Of a stretch of 64,000 bases of DNA, positions 1 through 9,568 are shown piece after piece (the stretch's first letter is position 1; each line of letters starts with the position of its first letter). Under the pieces are notes generated by a model. It was not told where the DNA came from and ran no database searches. It worked only from the letters and a program-made list of their open reading frames with translations. This DNA is from Candidatus Heimdallarchaeota archaeon (GTDB lineage Archaea; Asgardarchaeota; Heimdallarchaeia; Heimdallarchaeales; Heimdallarchaeaceae): the NCBI GenBank assembly GCA_016840095.1, contig JAEOSZ010000031.1:1-64000 (forward strand), written 5' to 3'. The position numbers were made by a program, and so were the translations under genes.

Positions 1-617
1 TCAGCAAAAATTTCTGCTCTATCTGCTGCTTCCATAAGATATTTGATCAGTGTTTCTGTATATCGAAACACTTGAAAATCTGTATGATAATCATAGTTTA
101 GTTTCTGTAACTCCCATTGTTTTTCTCTAACTGTTCTTCTCAAATTAGTTATAGTAGTAATATTTTCTCTAGATTTATCGAAATTATCTTGAACATTGAC
201 TACCATTTCATGTAATTGAACACCAATTTTATTGTTCAGTTCAGCTATTTCTTTAATTCCATCTTTCAGATTTTCATTAATTTCTACTTGAGCAAGTAAA
301 AGTTTTCGAACTACAATCTCAATCTTATCTGTGATCTTATCTATATTTTCGATAATTTGAATACGATCAGCTCTTGAAAAAACCATTGTTTCTCTGGAAA
401 AGATTCTTTCAAAAATCTCTTCTTTCACTCTATCTTGTTTCTTCTCTAGAGCAATGGTTTCATCTGCTTCTTTCTGAGCATCAGAGAAATTGCCATCTAC
501 GTAGGCTATAACAGCTTTTTTCATTGAAAGAAATGCATCCTGTGTTAAATCACTACACTCTACAAATAGTTCTTTCAAACTTTTAGCGTGTTTTTTGCGT
601 GAAAATATCTTTATCAC
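1..617 (-). CDS. DUF47/PhoU-like phosphate transport regulator (partial, runs off window edge)
   Basis: Not in ORF track. Manual translation from GTG 617 gives MIKIFSRKKHAKSLKELF...ALEKKQDRVKEEIFERIF...SRADRIQIIENIDKITDKIE...LMEAADRAE, with the duplicated E-x3-D helical pattern of DUF47. Confidence 0.75.
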   Translation of the reverse strand, partial: MIKIFSRKKHAKSLKELFVECSDLTQDAFLSMKKAVIAYVDGNFSDAQKEADETIALEKKQDRVKEEIFERIFSRETMVFSRADRIQIIENIDKITDKIEIVVRKLLLAQVEINENLKDGIKEIAELNNKIGVQLHEMVVNVQDNFDKSRENITTITNLRRTVREKQWELQKLNYDYHTDFQVFRYTETLIKYLMEAADRAEIFA

Positions 618-699
618 CTTTATTCTCTTCTGTGATTGTTAGATATTAAGTTTTCTCTCAATTAGATTAGATTTAAAAGTAGTAAGATGTAATTTCATA

Positions 700-987
700 A
701 TGAAAGCTCTGATGAACGCTAAGAATAATCCAAGGAATCAAAAATCTGTTGTAGGACAATATAGAAAACTGCGCTACATTTCATTAGGCTTTATATGGTT
801 GTCTTTACTTTTTCTTGGACTAGGAGTAGGTTTTAGGTGGCATTATATTCTTACAATTTGCTTGGTGGTGGGCAGTTTAGTTATTGCTTTTATCCTTCCG
901 TTTACCATCAGAAGAATCAAAAGAAAAAGAGATATGGATCTAGTAAAACTAATGCATATACAAAGTGGTTATAGTGGAAGACTATAG
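700..987 (+). CDS. small membrane protein (2 TM), unknown function
   Basis: Two hydrophobic segments flanked by basic residues; TTTAAA TATA-like box about 25 nt upstream. Confidence 0.6.
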   Translation: MKALMNAKNNPRNQKSVVGQYRKLRYISLGFIWLSLLFLGLGVGFRWHYILTICLVVGSLVIAFILPFTIRRIKRKRDMDLVKLMHIQSGYSGRL

Positions 988-994
988 CTCTAAA

Positions 995-2575
995 TTATAT
1001 CTTACCTTCTAGAAGTTTATCAGATAATGCTCCTATAATTTCTAAAGATATTGTTTTTCCAATAATCTGTTTTTCAGAAAATACACTTATAGCTGGACCA
1101 CTGAAGATTGGATAACCTATGTAGGTATTTGCTCTCTTCTTATCTTTTTCTGCAATAACTACTACTATTTTTTCTCCTATCAATTTCTTCTTTTTCTCAA
1201 AATTAAACCTTATAATAGCTTCCTTAAGCTCTTCTCTTCGGATATCTAGAAGATGACGTTTCCTAGGTAATTCAACATTAGTTACTGTGAAAGGAGAACC
1301 AGGTAAAGAGAGATACTTGTATACAGTGATTTTTTCAGCAAAATCAGAAAGTTGATTTTCAACTATATCCTTTGTTATCTCAAGGGATTTAACAGTTTCT
1401 CCAGGTAAAGAGTGTATAAGATAAATTTGAGGAGATATTCTATTTTCTGAGAAAAACTTAGCAGCATTCAAAGCACTATGTGGATCCGAAGGTCTTCCTA
1501 TCCTATTACTATGTGATGCATCAAATGTTTCACATCCAATGCTTATAGATGTGTTAGGTAGATATTTACCTATTAATTCTGCTACTTCTTTTGTAACTAA
1601 GGATGGTTTTACATTTTCAATTGAAATACTACAAACTTGTTCTTGATTATCCCTGATTTCTGATAGATTTTCAAGAAGTTCTTCTATCATCTTAAAATTT
1701 ACCGGGGGTTGAGTTGGAGAAAATATCTCCTTTTCACCACCTCTAAAGTAATCCAAAAAACCAGGTGCAGAAAGAACTATTCTTCTAGCACCAACCTTAA
1801 ACAATGATTCAACTTCCTGAATAGCTAATTCTAATTCTTTACTTCTCGGAGCTCCAAATGTTGCAGAAACAGAACAGAAACCGCAACCTGCAGGGATATC
1901 TTCAGGACAATCTCCTGTATTGATAATATCTGGATCATCACATACTCCACATTCACTGCATCCTCCAGCTGTTTGAACTAAATCTCCTCTGTAATGGTTT
2001 GAACATCCTCTGACTAGTTCTACATAAACCTTCGAAAACCAGTAATCAGGATAATCTATTATTCTTTCTGTAGAAGGAAGATGATCTTCAAATAGAAATT
2101 TTCTAGCATCTTGAACTATTATTGTTTCTTTTCTTTTCTCTACAGTAAAATTGTTTGTAAATTGATCATCTTCAAAGAAATCTGCATCAAAATCATTACT
2201 AATTAAATATTCAACAATACCTTCTCCTTCTCCTCTAACACCAATATCAAATTTGATCTCCTCTGAAATTTTCTGTTCAGATAAAATTGGTCCACCAATT
2301 ATGATTTTGCTATGAGGATGATTTTTTGTTATTTTTCTAACAGCTTTTTGAGTAGCAATTTTATCGACTGACATTGCACTGATGAGAAATACATCAATAG
2401 AATCAGAAATTACATCTCTATCCTCTAGAAAATCTTCGACTCTTTTAATTCGAACAAATTGCTTGTGTTTTTCAAATATTCCAGCCAATAACCGCGGTCC
2501 CACACCTATAGCATCTCGAGAAAATTTCCTTCTGCCCTCATTAGCTGCTAAAGCATCTACGATTAGAGCTTTCAT
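995..2575 (-). CDS. B12-binding-domain radical SAM protein with Cys-rich insert and TRAM-like C-terminus
   Basis: IIIGGP and GEGE (B12-binding-like domain), ELVRGC...CGFC split radical SAM motif, SIGCET; ATG 2575 preferred over TTG 2584. Confidence 0.8.
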   Translation of the reverse strand: MKALIVDALAANEGRRKFSRDAIGVGPRLLAGIFEKHKQFVRIKRVEDFLEDRDVISDSIDVFLISAMSVDKIATQKAVRKITKNHPHSKIIIGGPILSEQKISEEIKFDIGVRGEGEGIVEYLISNDFDADFFEDDQFTNNFTVEKRKETIIVQDARKFLFEDHLPSTERIIDYPDYWFSKVYVELVRGCSNHYRGDLVQTAGGCSECGVCDDPDIINTGDCPEDIPAGCGFCSVSATFGAPRSKELELAIQEVESLFKVGARRIVLSAPGFLDYFRGGEKEIFSPTQPPVNFKMIEELLENLSEIRDNQEQVCSISIENVKPSLVTKEVAELIGKYLPNTSISIGCETFDASHSNRIGRPSDPHSALNAAKFFSENRISPQIYLIHSLPGETVKSLEITKDIVENQLSDFAEKITVYKYLSLPGSPFTVTNVELPRKRHLLDIRREELKEAIIRFNFEKKKKLIGEKIVVVIAEKDKKRANTYIGYPIFSGPAISVFSEKQIIGKTISLEIIGALSDKLLEGKI

Positions 2576-2703
2576 TAACTGCAAGCTTTATTTCCCCTAT
2601 TTATTTCTTTTTTATGACTAATTTTCCCAAAATACTAAAAATTTAGTCAAAAAAATAAGTTTAGATGAAAAAATATAAATAACATCTTAACCTTTCAATA
2701 TTT

Positions 2704-3021
2704 GTGCTTGAAGACGAATTATGTATGGTATGTGGCTTACCTCAGGATCTTTGCGTCTGTGAAGAGATAGCCAAGGAAGAACAAATTATTAGGGTGTTTT
2801 TGGAGAGAAGAAGGTATGGTAAGAATTATACTCTTATTACTGGAATTGATCCAAATGAAGTCGATCTTAGCGCTTTAGCTAAGAAATTGAAGACCAAACT
2901 TGCTTGCGGTGGAACTTATAAAGAAGGAAGAATAGAACTTCAAGGAGACCATAGGTACAAAATCAAAGGTATTCTCGAAGATTCTGGTTTTGCTGCAAAT
3001 AACATAGAAGTACAATTCTAG
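2704..3021 (+). CDS. sui1: translation initiation factor aIF1 (SUI1)
   Basis: CxxCGLPxDLCxC N-terminal knuckle, RRYGK, KLACGGT, IELQGDH. Confidence 0.97.
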   Translation: MLEDELCMVCGLPQDLCVCEEIAKEEQIIRVFLERRRYGKNYTLITGIDPNEVDLSALAKKLKTKLACGGTYKEGRIELQGDHRYKIKGILEDSGFAANNIEVQF

Positions 3022-3025
3022 TTAG

Positions 3026-3304
3026 GTGGACTCAATTAGACAGAAAAAAAAAGATACCCCTGAAGACAAAGCTTCAAAGGCTAAAGTAAAAAGAGGTTCA
3101 AGTGACGAAATTGTAAAAGTTTGTCCTGTTTGTTTTTTTCCAACAAAAATTGAAGCTGGTTTTTTTGTTCTGTATCATTTTACATGTACTAATGAAACCT
3201 GCAGCTGGCAAGGCCCAACTCCTATAGAAGTGTATCTTGAAGACTACAAAGAGTTCGTTGATGAACATCAAGAAGTTGCCCATATACTAGAATCCGATGA
3301 TTAG
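3026..3304 (+). CDS. small Zn-ribbon protein
   Basis: CPVC...CTNETC-x-W-x-G; 4 nt after sui1, probably co-transcribed. Confidence 0.7.
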   Translation: MDSIRQKKKDTPEDKASKAKVKRGSSDEIVKVCPVCFFPTKIEAGFFVLYHFTCTNETCSWQGPTPIEVYLEDYKEFVDEHQEVAHILESDD

Positions 3305-3342
3305 AAATATTTATCAAACTATCATCAACTTTAGGAATAATT

Positions 3343-4179
3343 ATGAATACTGCAATAGTTATAGATAGCTCCACTGAGATATCCCAGAAACTCTATTCTA
3401 AGTACAACATCTACCCTTTAGGTTATGTTGTAAGAGACTCTAATAATCAAACACACGTAGAGAGAACAAAAATTCAAACTCTAGAAACAAATAAACTCCT
3501 ATCAATTATTGCTAAGGACAAACAAACAGATCTTTTTGCACCAAGTATAAAGGACTTTGTAGAAATCTATACTTTTCTTGCAGAAGAATTTGATTCTTTG
3601 ATAAGTATTCATTCTTCATTAGCTACTCCAGTTGTATTTGAAAATGCATTAGTAGCAAAAAAGATGGTCTCAGAAATAAGCATTGATGTTATAGACACAC
3701 ATACTATGGGTTCTTCCTCAGGTTTGTTTGTTGAAGAATTGTCAAAATTCATTTCATCTGCTAAGAGTATCAATGAAATCCGAAAAGAAGCCATCAGTCT
3801 AGATAAACATATCAACTCATTTATAATTACTAGAAATGAGTTTTTGAATTCAGATGAACTGAAAAGAATTGAATGGAGAAAGAATCTAAATCTATCATTC
3901 AAATCGTATTATTTGTTCAATTATTTCCATACTACATGGAAATCCGTTTCCAATAGCAGATCAACTAAAAATCTCTTTAATAATATTCAGAAAAAACTAG
4001 AAGTAACAACTAGAACAAAGGATCTAAAAAACGTTTATTACACATCAAGTTCAAACTTCGCTTCTGATGCTAAAACTACTCTTAGCAAGATAAAGAAAAT
4101 TCCAAAGACTGAATCAAATCCCTCTCTAGTAGCATCATTTCTATTGGGAAATAATTACTTCGATATTTCCTATGTTTGA
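3343..4179 (+). CDS. degenerate DegV/FakB-family protein
   Basis: AIVIDSS N-terminus, PSxxDF, IDVIDT DegV pattern; lacks the GGR and HTGPG motifs. Confidence 0.75.
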   Translation: MNTAIVIDSSTEISQKLYSKYNIYPLGYVVRDSNNQTHVERTKIQTLETNKLLSIIAKDKQTDLFAPSIKDFVEIYTFLAEEFDSLISIHSSLATPVVFENALVAKKMVSEISIDVIDTHTMGSSSGLFVEELSKFISSAKSINEIRKEAISLDKHINSFIITRNEFLNSDELKRIEWRKNLNLSFKSYYLFNYFHTTWKSVSNSRSTKNLFNNIQKKLEVTTRTKDLKNVYYTSSSNFASDAKTTLSKIKKIPKTESNPSLVASFLLGNNYFDISYV

Positions 4180-4188
4180 ATAAAAATA

Positions 4189-4998
4189 CTAGATTCGATA
4201 AAAGGAACAAGTATTGTTGAAAGTTATATTAGCTAATAGTTTCTCATCAATTTCTAGAATTTCAGATGCTTTCTTACATAGAATAGGCACACTCGAAGGA
4301 TCATTGTTAACTCCTTTTTCTAGTGAATGAAAGGGACTATCTGTTTCAAACATTAAACTATCTAACGAAGTTGCTCCTAGGATTTTTTGAAAATTCTTTC
4401 TATAAACCGTACTTGTTGGAACAGTAATATACCAGGAAAGTTTAGAAATCTCTCTTGCTTGTTCTTCTGACCCACCAAAGCAATGCATCAAGACGTCTTC
4501 TGCACCTTTTTCTTTGAGAATTTCTATGGCTTCCTTTTCAGCTCCTCTGGAATGAATAACTATAGGTTTGTCTTGTTCTTGAGCAAAATCGATTAACTTT
4601 CGAAAATATTTTTCTTGTTGTTTTCTTAAAGCAGATTCCTTGATCCAATGAAAATCAAGACCTATTTCTCCAATTGCTACTATCTTTTCTTGATTTTCAT
4701 TATAGAATTCTACAAACTGATCATATCTCTCTTGAGATATCTTAGTAGTCTCAACACCAATTGAGAGATAGATTTCTTTGAACTCTGTGGTTTCTAGAGC
4801 AAATTCATATTTACCCTTCTCTAGAGCACTATTAACAATAACTTTGACATTGGCTTTTTGTGATTTTTCAACTATTATTTCAATATCTTCTTTTGAAAAC
4901 CAATCTGGAATCAGGTGGCAATGTCCGTCTGCATAGACTAACCCTTCTTTCTCTTTCCTTATCAAAGATGAATCTGTTTGAAAAACCATTATTTTCAC
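4189..4998 (-). CDS. tatD: TatD family nuclease
   Basis: DGHCH, AIGEIGLD, IHSR, MHCF, ETDSP motifs. Confidence 0.95.
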   Translation of the reverse strand: MKIMVFQTDSSLIRKEKEGLVYADGHCHLIPDWFSKEDIEIIVEKSQKANVKVIVNSALEKGKYEFALETTEFKEIYLSIGVETTKISQERYDQFVEFYNENQEKIVAIGEIGLDFHWIKESALRKQQEKYFRKLIDFAQEQDKPIVIHSRGAEKEAIEILKEKGAEDVLMHCFGGSEEQAREISKLSWYITVPTSTVYRKNFQKILGATSLDSLMFETDSPFHSLEKGVNNDPSSVPILCKKASEILEIDEKLLANITFNNTCSFYRI

Positions 4999-4999
4999 T

Positions 5000-5986
5000 C
5001 TAAAGTAATTTTTCTTTAAAAACTTGAAGCATTTTCAAACCTCTTATCTCACTATCTAAAGCTTCAATTTCTGTGATAATAGTATCTGGAAATGCTGATT
5101 TGATATATTTGATGTTTTTCCTATGCTCTTTATTCCTATGCATGCAGTAAGAACATTGATCATTTGGTGGATTTATTTGATTTACAACAGCAAACTTATG
5201 AGGAATAAGATGTTGATCCAATTCCTCTACTAGTCTTTCTGTTTCAAAAATACTCATCATGGTAGGAATTAGAACCTTAACAAACTGTGTCTGTTCTGGA
5301 TCCATTAATTTATCTCTTGCAACTAACACTTTTTCCTTCATAGCTTCGAGTGTTTCAACAGTACGATCCTTTTCTTGACCTCCGCCGAACAATGATTTCA
5401 TCATAGTCATTGCATTAGAAAGGAATGTTTTCATTTTCAGCATTCTACCTAAGAATGAATCAAGAAATTCAGGTATATTTAATAGACGCAAAGTGTGACC
5501 TGTCGGAGCAGTATCAAGGACTACTGTATCATATATTTCATCTTCAGCATATTCAAGGATTTTTGCAAAAGATAGAGCTTCATCCATACCAGGAGGAGGG
5601 ATAGATTGTAAGTCCTGCCCTAATCCTTGTTGTAATTCTCCTAAACCAGGAATTGCCGCAAATTGCGAAAATTGATCTGTACCTATAGGTTGTCCAATGG
5701 ATTTGGATATTTCATCACCAGCAGCAGCTGGATTAATTTCCAGTGCAAATAGATCACCAACTACTCCTTTAACTTTAGTAATTTCTCCTTTTGAGAAATC
5801 CTTATCAAACGAATCTGAAATACTGTGAGCGGGATCTGTAGAGATGATTAATACTCTTTTTCCTGCTTCTGCTAAAGCAATTGCTAAGGTTGAAGCAACG
5901 CTTGTTTTACCAACTCCACCTTTACCACCAACAAGGATGTATTTTAGATCCATATTCACAATTTCTTTTAAAGACATCAAAATCAC
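5000..5986 (-). CDS. Get3/TRC40-like (ArsA family) ATPase
   Basis: GKGGVGKT, STDPAH, DTAPTGH, Met-rich helix MKTFLSNAMTMMKSLFG, C-terminal CxxC (CSYC); single-domain size. Confidence 0.9.
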   Translation of the reverse strand: MILMSLKEIVNMDLKYILVGGKGGVGKTSVASTLAIALAEAGKRVLIISTDPAHSISDSFDKDFSKGEITKVKGVVGDLFALEINPAAAGDEISKSIGQPIGTDQFSQFAAIPGLGELQQGLGQDLQSIPPPGMDEALSFAKILEYAEDEIYDTVVLDTAPTGHTLRLLNIPEFLDSFLGRMLKMKTFLSNAMTMMKSLFGGGQEKDRTVETLEAMKEKVLVARDKLMDPEQTQFVKVLIPTMMSIFETERLVEELDQHLIPHKFAVVNQINPPNDQCSYCMHRNKEHRKNIKYIKSAFPDTIITEIEALDSEIRGLKMLQVFKEKLL

Positions 5987-6045
5987 TTGTTTATAGTGAT
6001 ATATAAAATATGAGATTTGTGGAATAATTGAGAAAGAAGTAGAAA

Positions 6046-6792
6046 CTATCTTCTCTTCTTAGTTTTACGTTTGACTTGTTTTTTACTCTTCTGAGCAGTA
6101 GCACCAGTTTTTGTTTTCTCTTTTTCTTTTTTCTTTCTGACCTCTTGGGGTCTCTTAAAGAGAAGGTAATCCCCTAATACTAAGGCACCTATACCAGCAG
6201 CTATTGCAAGTGAATAATATAGAATATTCAACCATAACTTTTTGTCTAAAACTACTACATTTTGAGGTTTAATTGAGATAATTACAAATCTTTGTGATTG
6301 AGCATGAAACTCTTCCTCTGTTATATTGTAATATTCTATTGTAGTTGGTTCAAGTGTAAAATTTCCTTCTTCTATAGGTTTGAAGTAATAATTGTAATAG
6401 ATGGTTGCATTGGGTTCAACAATAACATAATTCTGAGTAGTAAGATTTAAGCTTGAAATAGCCCAATCTGAAAAGCTTGGATCTACAGTAGTTAGATTAT
6501 ATGCAGTTAAATTACCAATATTCTTTATTGTAATGTTGACAAAAATCCACTCATTATTGTCAGGATTTATCTCTGTGTCATTAACATCCTTAGAAATGTC
6601 AAGAATAGGTCTATTAAGGAAAGAATCATTAACTTGGTTAAAAATTGGTGAGATATTGTTTTCAGTTGTGATAGTCGAAATTTCCACATTTTGAAGAGCT
6701 ACTCCATTTGATGAAGCGCTTGAAATTGTTAAGCCTAGAATTAGTATAATAGTCAGATATACGGCTGTTGAATTGAAGATTCTCTTAAGCAT
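6046..6792 (-). CDS. TRAP-beta (SSR2)/BatD-like single-pass membrane protein
   Basis: Signal peptide, Ig-like domain (ILDISK...VNITIKNIGNLTAYNLTTVDPSF...PIEEGNFTLEPTTIEY), one TM, basic tail; start ATG 6792 preferred (track 6837). Confidence 0.6.
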   Translation of the reverse strand: MLKRIFNSTAVYLTIILILGLTISSASSNGVALQNVEISTITTENNISPIFNQVNDSFLNRPILDISKDVNDTEINPDNNEWIFVNITIKNIGNLTAYNLTTVDPSFSDWAISSLNLTTQNYVIVEPNATIYYNYYFKPIEEGNFTLEPTTIEYYNITEEEFHAQSQRFVIISIKPQNVVVLDKKLWLNILYYSLAIAAGIGALVLGDYLLFKRPQEVRKKKEKEKTKTGATAQKSKKQVKRKTKKRR

Positions 6793-6965
6793 CGATTTCT
6801 TATTCCTTAAACTTCTAAACATGCATGAATCAGCCAACTTAAATATTTTGCTCTTCTGTATTTTTCTTCACTTATATCTGCAAACAAAGTATCAGGAGTA
6901 GTAGATATTCTCTGTTCATATAAGTAGTAAATGTTTAAAAAAAAGCTAATTTTGATAGTAAAGCT

Positions 6966-7853
6966 ATGACAGTTAAGATTATATGTGATTCTAGTGCAGA
7001 TTTAAACTTGCCAAAAGACAAAACCTTATACGAAAAATATGACGTTGAATGGGTTCCTATGCAAGTTATGTTTGGTACAGAAGCCTATAAAGAAATGGTT
7101 GATATCAGCGTTTCAGAATTTTATAAGAAGCTTTCTCATACAAAAGAACATCCTACTACTTCTCAATCAACTCAAGCTGATTTACTTGCAGCTTATGAGA
7201 AATATTCAGACAAATTTGATGAAATTATCTCAATACATCTCTCTGGTGAACTTAGTGGTGCAGTTGCTAATGCTCGAATGGCTAAGAAGATGTATGATAG
7301 AAAAAATAAAGATGGAGCAAAAATACACATTTATGATACAAGATTTGCAAGTTCACCTTTTGGTGTGACAGTTTTGAAAGCAGCAAAACTTGTCAAAGAA
7401 GGTCTGAATGCTGAAGAGATCATATCAAAACTCGAAGAGTGGAGAACAAAAAATCTCTCGTTCTACTTTACTGTAAGTGACCTGAAATGGCTATATGATG
7501 GTGGAAGATTAAGTGCAACAAAATATAGATTAGGTTCCCTATTGAAGAAGAAACCAATTCTCACATTCGATGACGGTAAAATTGTACCTTACAAAAGCAC
7601 AAAAGGTCTTGATAAAGCCGTACAAGCAATTTTTGCAAAACAACTTGAAGATTTACAAGCCAATCCTGATGAAGTAACCTTACATTTTGGTCACGCAGAA
7701 TTTTACAACGAAGTAAAAGCTTATGCTAAAAAATTCAAAGAACAGTATCCTGGATTGAAAATTGGGGAAACCCTAACGATTGGTGCTGCAATAGGTTCCC
7801 ATACCGGTCCAGGGACCATTGTTATGGTAATGACCAAAGACTTTGAGTATTAA
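6966..7853 (+). CDS. DegV/FakB fatty-acid-binding protein
   Basis: DSSAD, PTTSQ, LSGELSG, GGRLS, HTGPG. Confidence 0.93.
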   Translation: MTVKIICDSSADLNLPKDKTLYEKYDVEWVPMQVMFGTEAYKEMVDISVSEFYKKLSHTKEHPTTSQSTQADLLAAYEKYSDKFDEIISIHLSGELSGAVANARMAKKMYDRKNKDGAKIHIYDTRFASSPFGVTVLKAAKLVKEGLNAEEIISKLEEWRTKNLSFYFTVSDLKWLYDGGRLSATKYRLGSLLKKKPILTFDDGKIVPYKSTKGLDKAVQAIFAKQLEDLQANPDEVTLHFGHAEFYNEVKAYAKKFKEQYPGLKIGETLTIGAAIGSHTGPGTIVMVMTKDFEY

Positions 7854-7908
7854 GTAAAACAAGCAAAGTTTAAATTCATCTCCTTTTCTTTTCCTTTAGG
7901 TTTAAGAG

Positions 7909-8787
7909 ATGACAGTTAAAATAATGACTGATAGTGCTGCTGATATTCCTCCTGAAATCGTTAAAAAATATGGTCTGTCTCTAGTTCCAACTGTTATTAG
8001 ATTCGGAGATGAGATTTATTATGAAGGAGTAGATATTGATTTAAAGAAGTATTATGAGAAATTCTTCTCGTCAGAAGAATATCCTCAAACAGCCAACCCA
8101 ACTCTCTATCATCAGTATGAACTATTCGAAAAATTAGGAAAAGAAGCTGATGAGGTGATCAATATAGTTATCTCTTCTGGGATTTCTGGTTCCTATAATA
8201 CTGCAATAAACGCAAGACGAAGATATCAACAAAAAACTACTGATCCAGCTACAATCCACATTTATGATTCAAAACTTGCAACTTTTGGAATAGGGGTTAT
8301 TGCAATAATGGCTGCCGAATTAGCTGAAGATGGTTTAAGTGCTGAGGAAATAATGCTCCAACTTGATGAATATAGAGATAAACTTGAAGTTGGTTTTACT
8401 GTACCTGATTTAAAATATCTGCATAAAGGAGGAAGACTTAGTAGATCGAAATACTGGGTAGCTAAACTTGCAGATATGAAACCTGTAATAGTTTTTGATG
8501 AAGGAAAGATGGAAGTTGCTAAGACTGTTAGAGGTCATGAAAATGCTGTCATTGAATCATTTGAATATGCTTATGAAAAAACTGGAAGACCAGATAGTTT
8601 TAATGCTTATATTATGCATGCAAGGAATTTAGATTCAGCCAATCGTCTGAAGGATTATATTAATGATGTAATTAAGCCTAAGGAGCATAACTTATCAATC
8701 GATGAATTAGGTATGACAATAGTAACTCACACAGGACCAGGATGTATCGGTATCTGTTTGGATACTCACTACAAATTTCTTAAATAA
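7909..8787 (+). CDS. DegV/FakB fatty-acid-binding protein (tandem paralog)
   Basis: TDSAAD, PQTANP, ISSGISG, GGRLS, HTGPG. Confidence 0.93.
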   Translation: MTVKIMTDSAADIPPEIVKKYGLSLVPTVIRFGDEIYYEGVDIDLKKYYEKFFSSEEYPQTANPTLYHQYELFEKLGKEADEVINIVISSGISGSYNTAINARRRYQQKTTDPATIHIYDSKLATFGIGVIAIMAAELAEDGLSAEEIMLQLDEYRDKLEVGFTVPDLKYLHKGGRLSRSKYWVAKLADMKPVIVFDEGKMEVAKTVRGHENAVIESFEYAYEKTGRPDSFNAYIMHARNLDSANRLKDYINDVIKPKEHNLSIDELGMTIVTHTGPGCIGICLDTHYKFLK

Positions 8788-8789
8788 CA

Positions 8790-9521
8790 ATGGTAAGAAT
8801 CATGAATTTCGAAGCGTTTCTTTTTGATCTAGATGGAACTTTACTGTACTTTGATCCTGATTTATTTGTTAAAACTTATTTAGGAACTGCAGCTAGATTT
8901 TTCAGTGATTTGATACCAGATTCTGAAACTTTTTACAAAGAATTACTAAGGTCAACAGATGTAATGGAAAACAATGATAATGACGAAAATACTACTCTAG
9001 TTGATTTTATAGAAGACTTTTGTCCAAAATTTGAAGTAGATTGTGAACAGATTTTGGATAGATTTTTAAAATTCTATCATTCAGATTACAAGGTTATCCA
9101 ACCATTAATTTCTGAAATGAAAGGAGCACAAAAATTACTACAAGATTTGAAAAAATATTATCCAGAGAAAAAACTCATTCTTGCAACTAATCCAGTATTT
9201 CCATTTATTGCAGTTAGAAAACGTATGGAATGGGGAGGTGTTCCAGAAAATGTTTTTGATTTAATTACACATGCAGAAAATACCAATTATTGTAAGAACA
9301 ATCAAAAATATTGGTTGGATATAGCTAAAAGAGTATCCATTGATCCCCAAAAAAGCTTAATGATTGGAAATGATGGTTATAGAGATATGGTCGCTAAAAA
9401 ATATGGCTACAAAACCTTTCTTGTCGAAACTGCATTCGAAAATGGGGAAAACATGACTGATGATATTTTACCTGATTTTAGAGGAACTTTACAGGATCTT
9501 TATACACTAATTTTCTCTTAA
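8790..9521 (+). CDS. HAD family hydrolase
   Basis: FDLDGTL, ATN, K, IGND..D motifs. Confidence 0.9.
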   Translation: MVRIMNFEAFLFDLDGTLLYFDPDLFVKTYLGTAARFFSDLIPDSETFYKELLRSTDVMENNDNDENTTLVDFIEDFCPKFEVDCEQILDRFLKFYHSDYKVIQPLISEMKGAQKLLQDLKKYYPEKKLILATNPVFPFIAVRKRMEWGGVPENVFDLITHAENTNYCKNNQKYWLDIAKRVSIDPQKSLMIGNDGYRDMVAKKYGYKTFLVETAFENGENMTDDILPDFRGTLQDLYTLIFS

Positions 9522-9568
9522 TATCTACTTTAAATGGTAATCTATTTAAACGTCTCATCTTCTTTCAC

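Noticed and set aside
5000-5986. Arsenite-efflux ArsA annotation
   Set aside because: Single domain, no ars genes nearby, and Get3-type Met-rich insert and CxxC present
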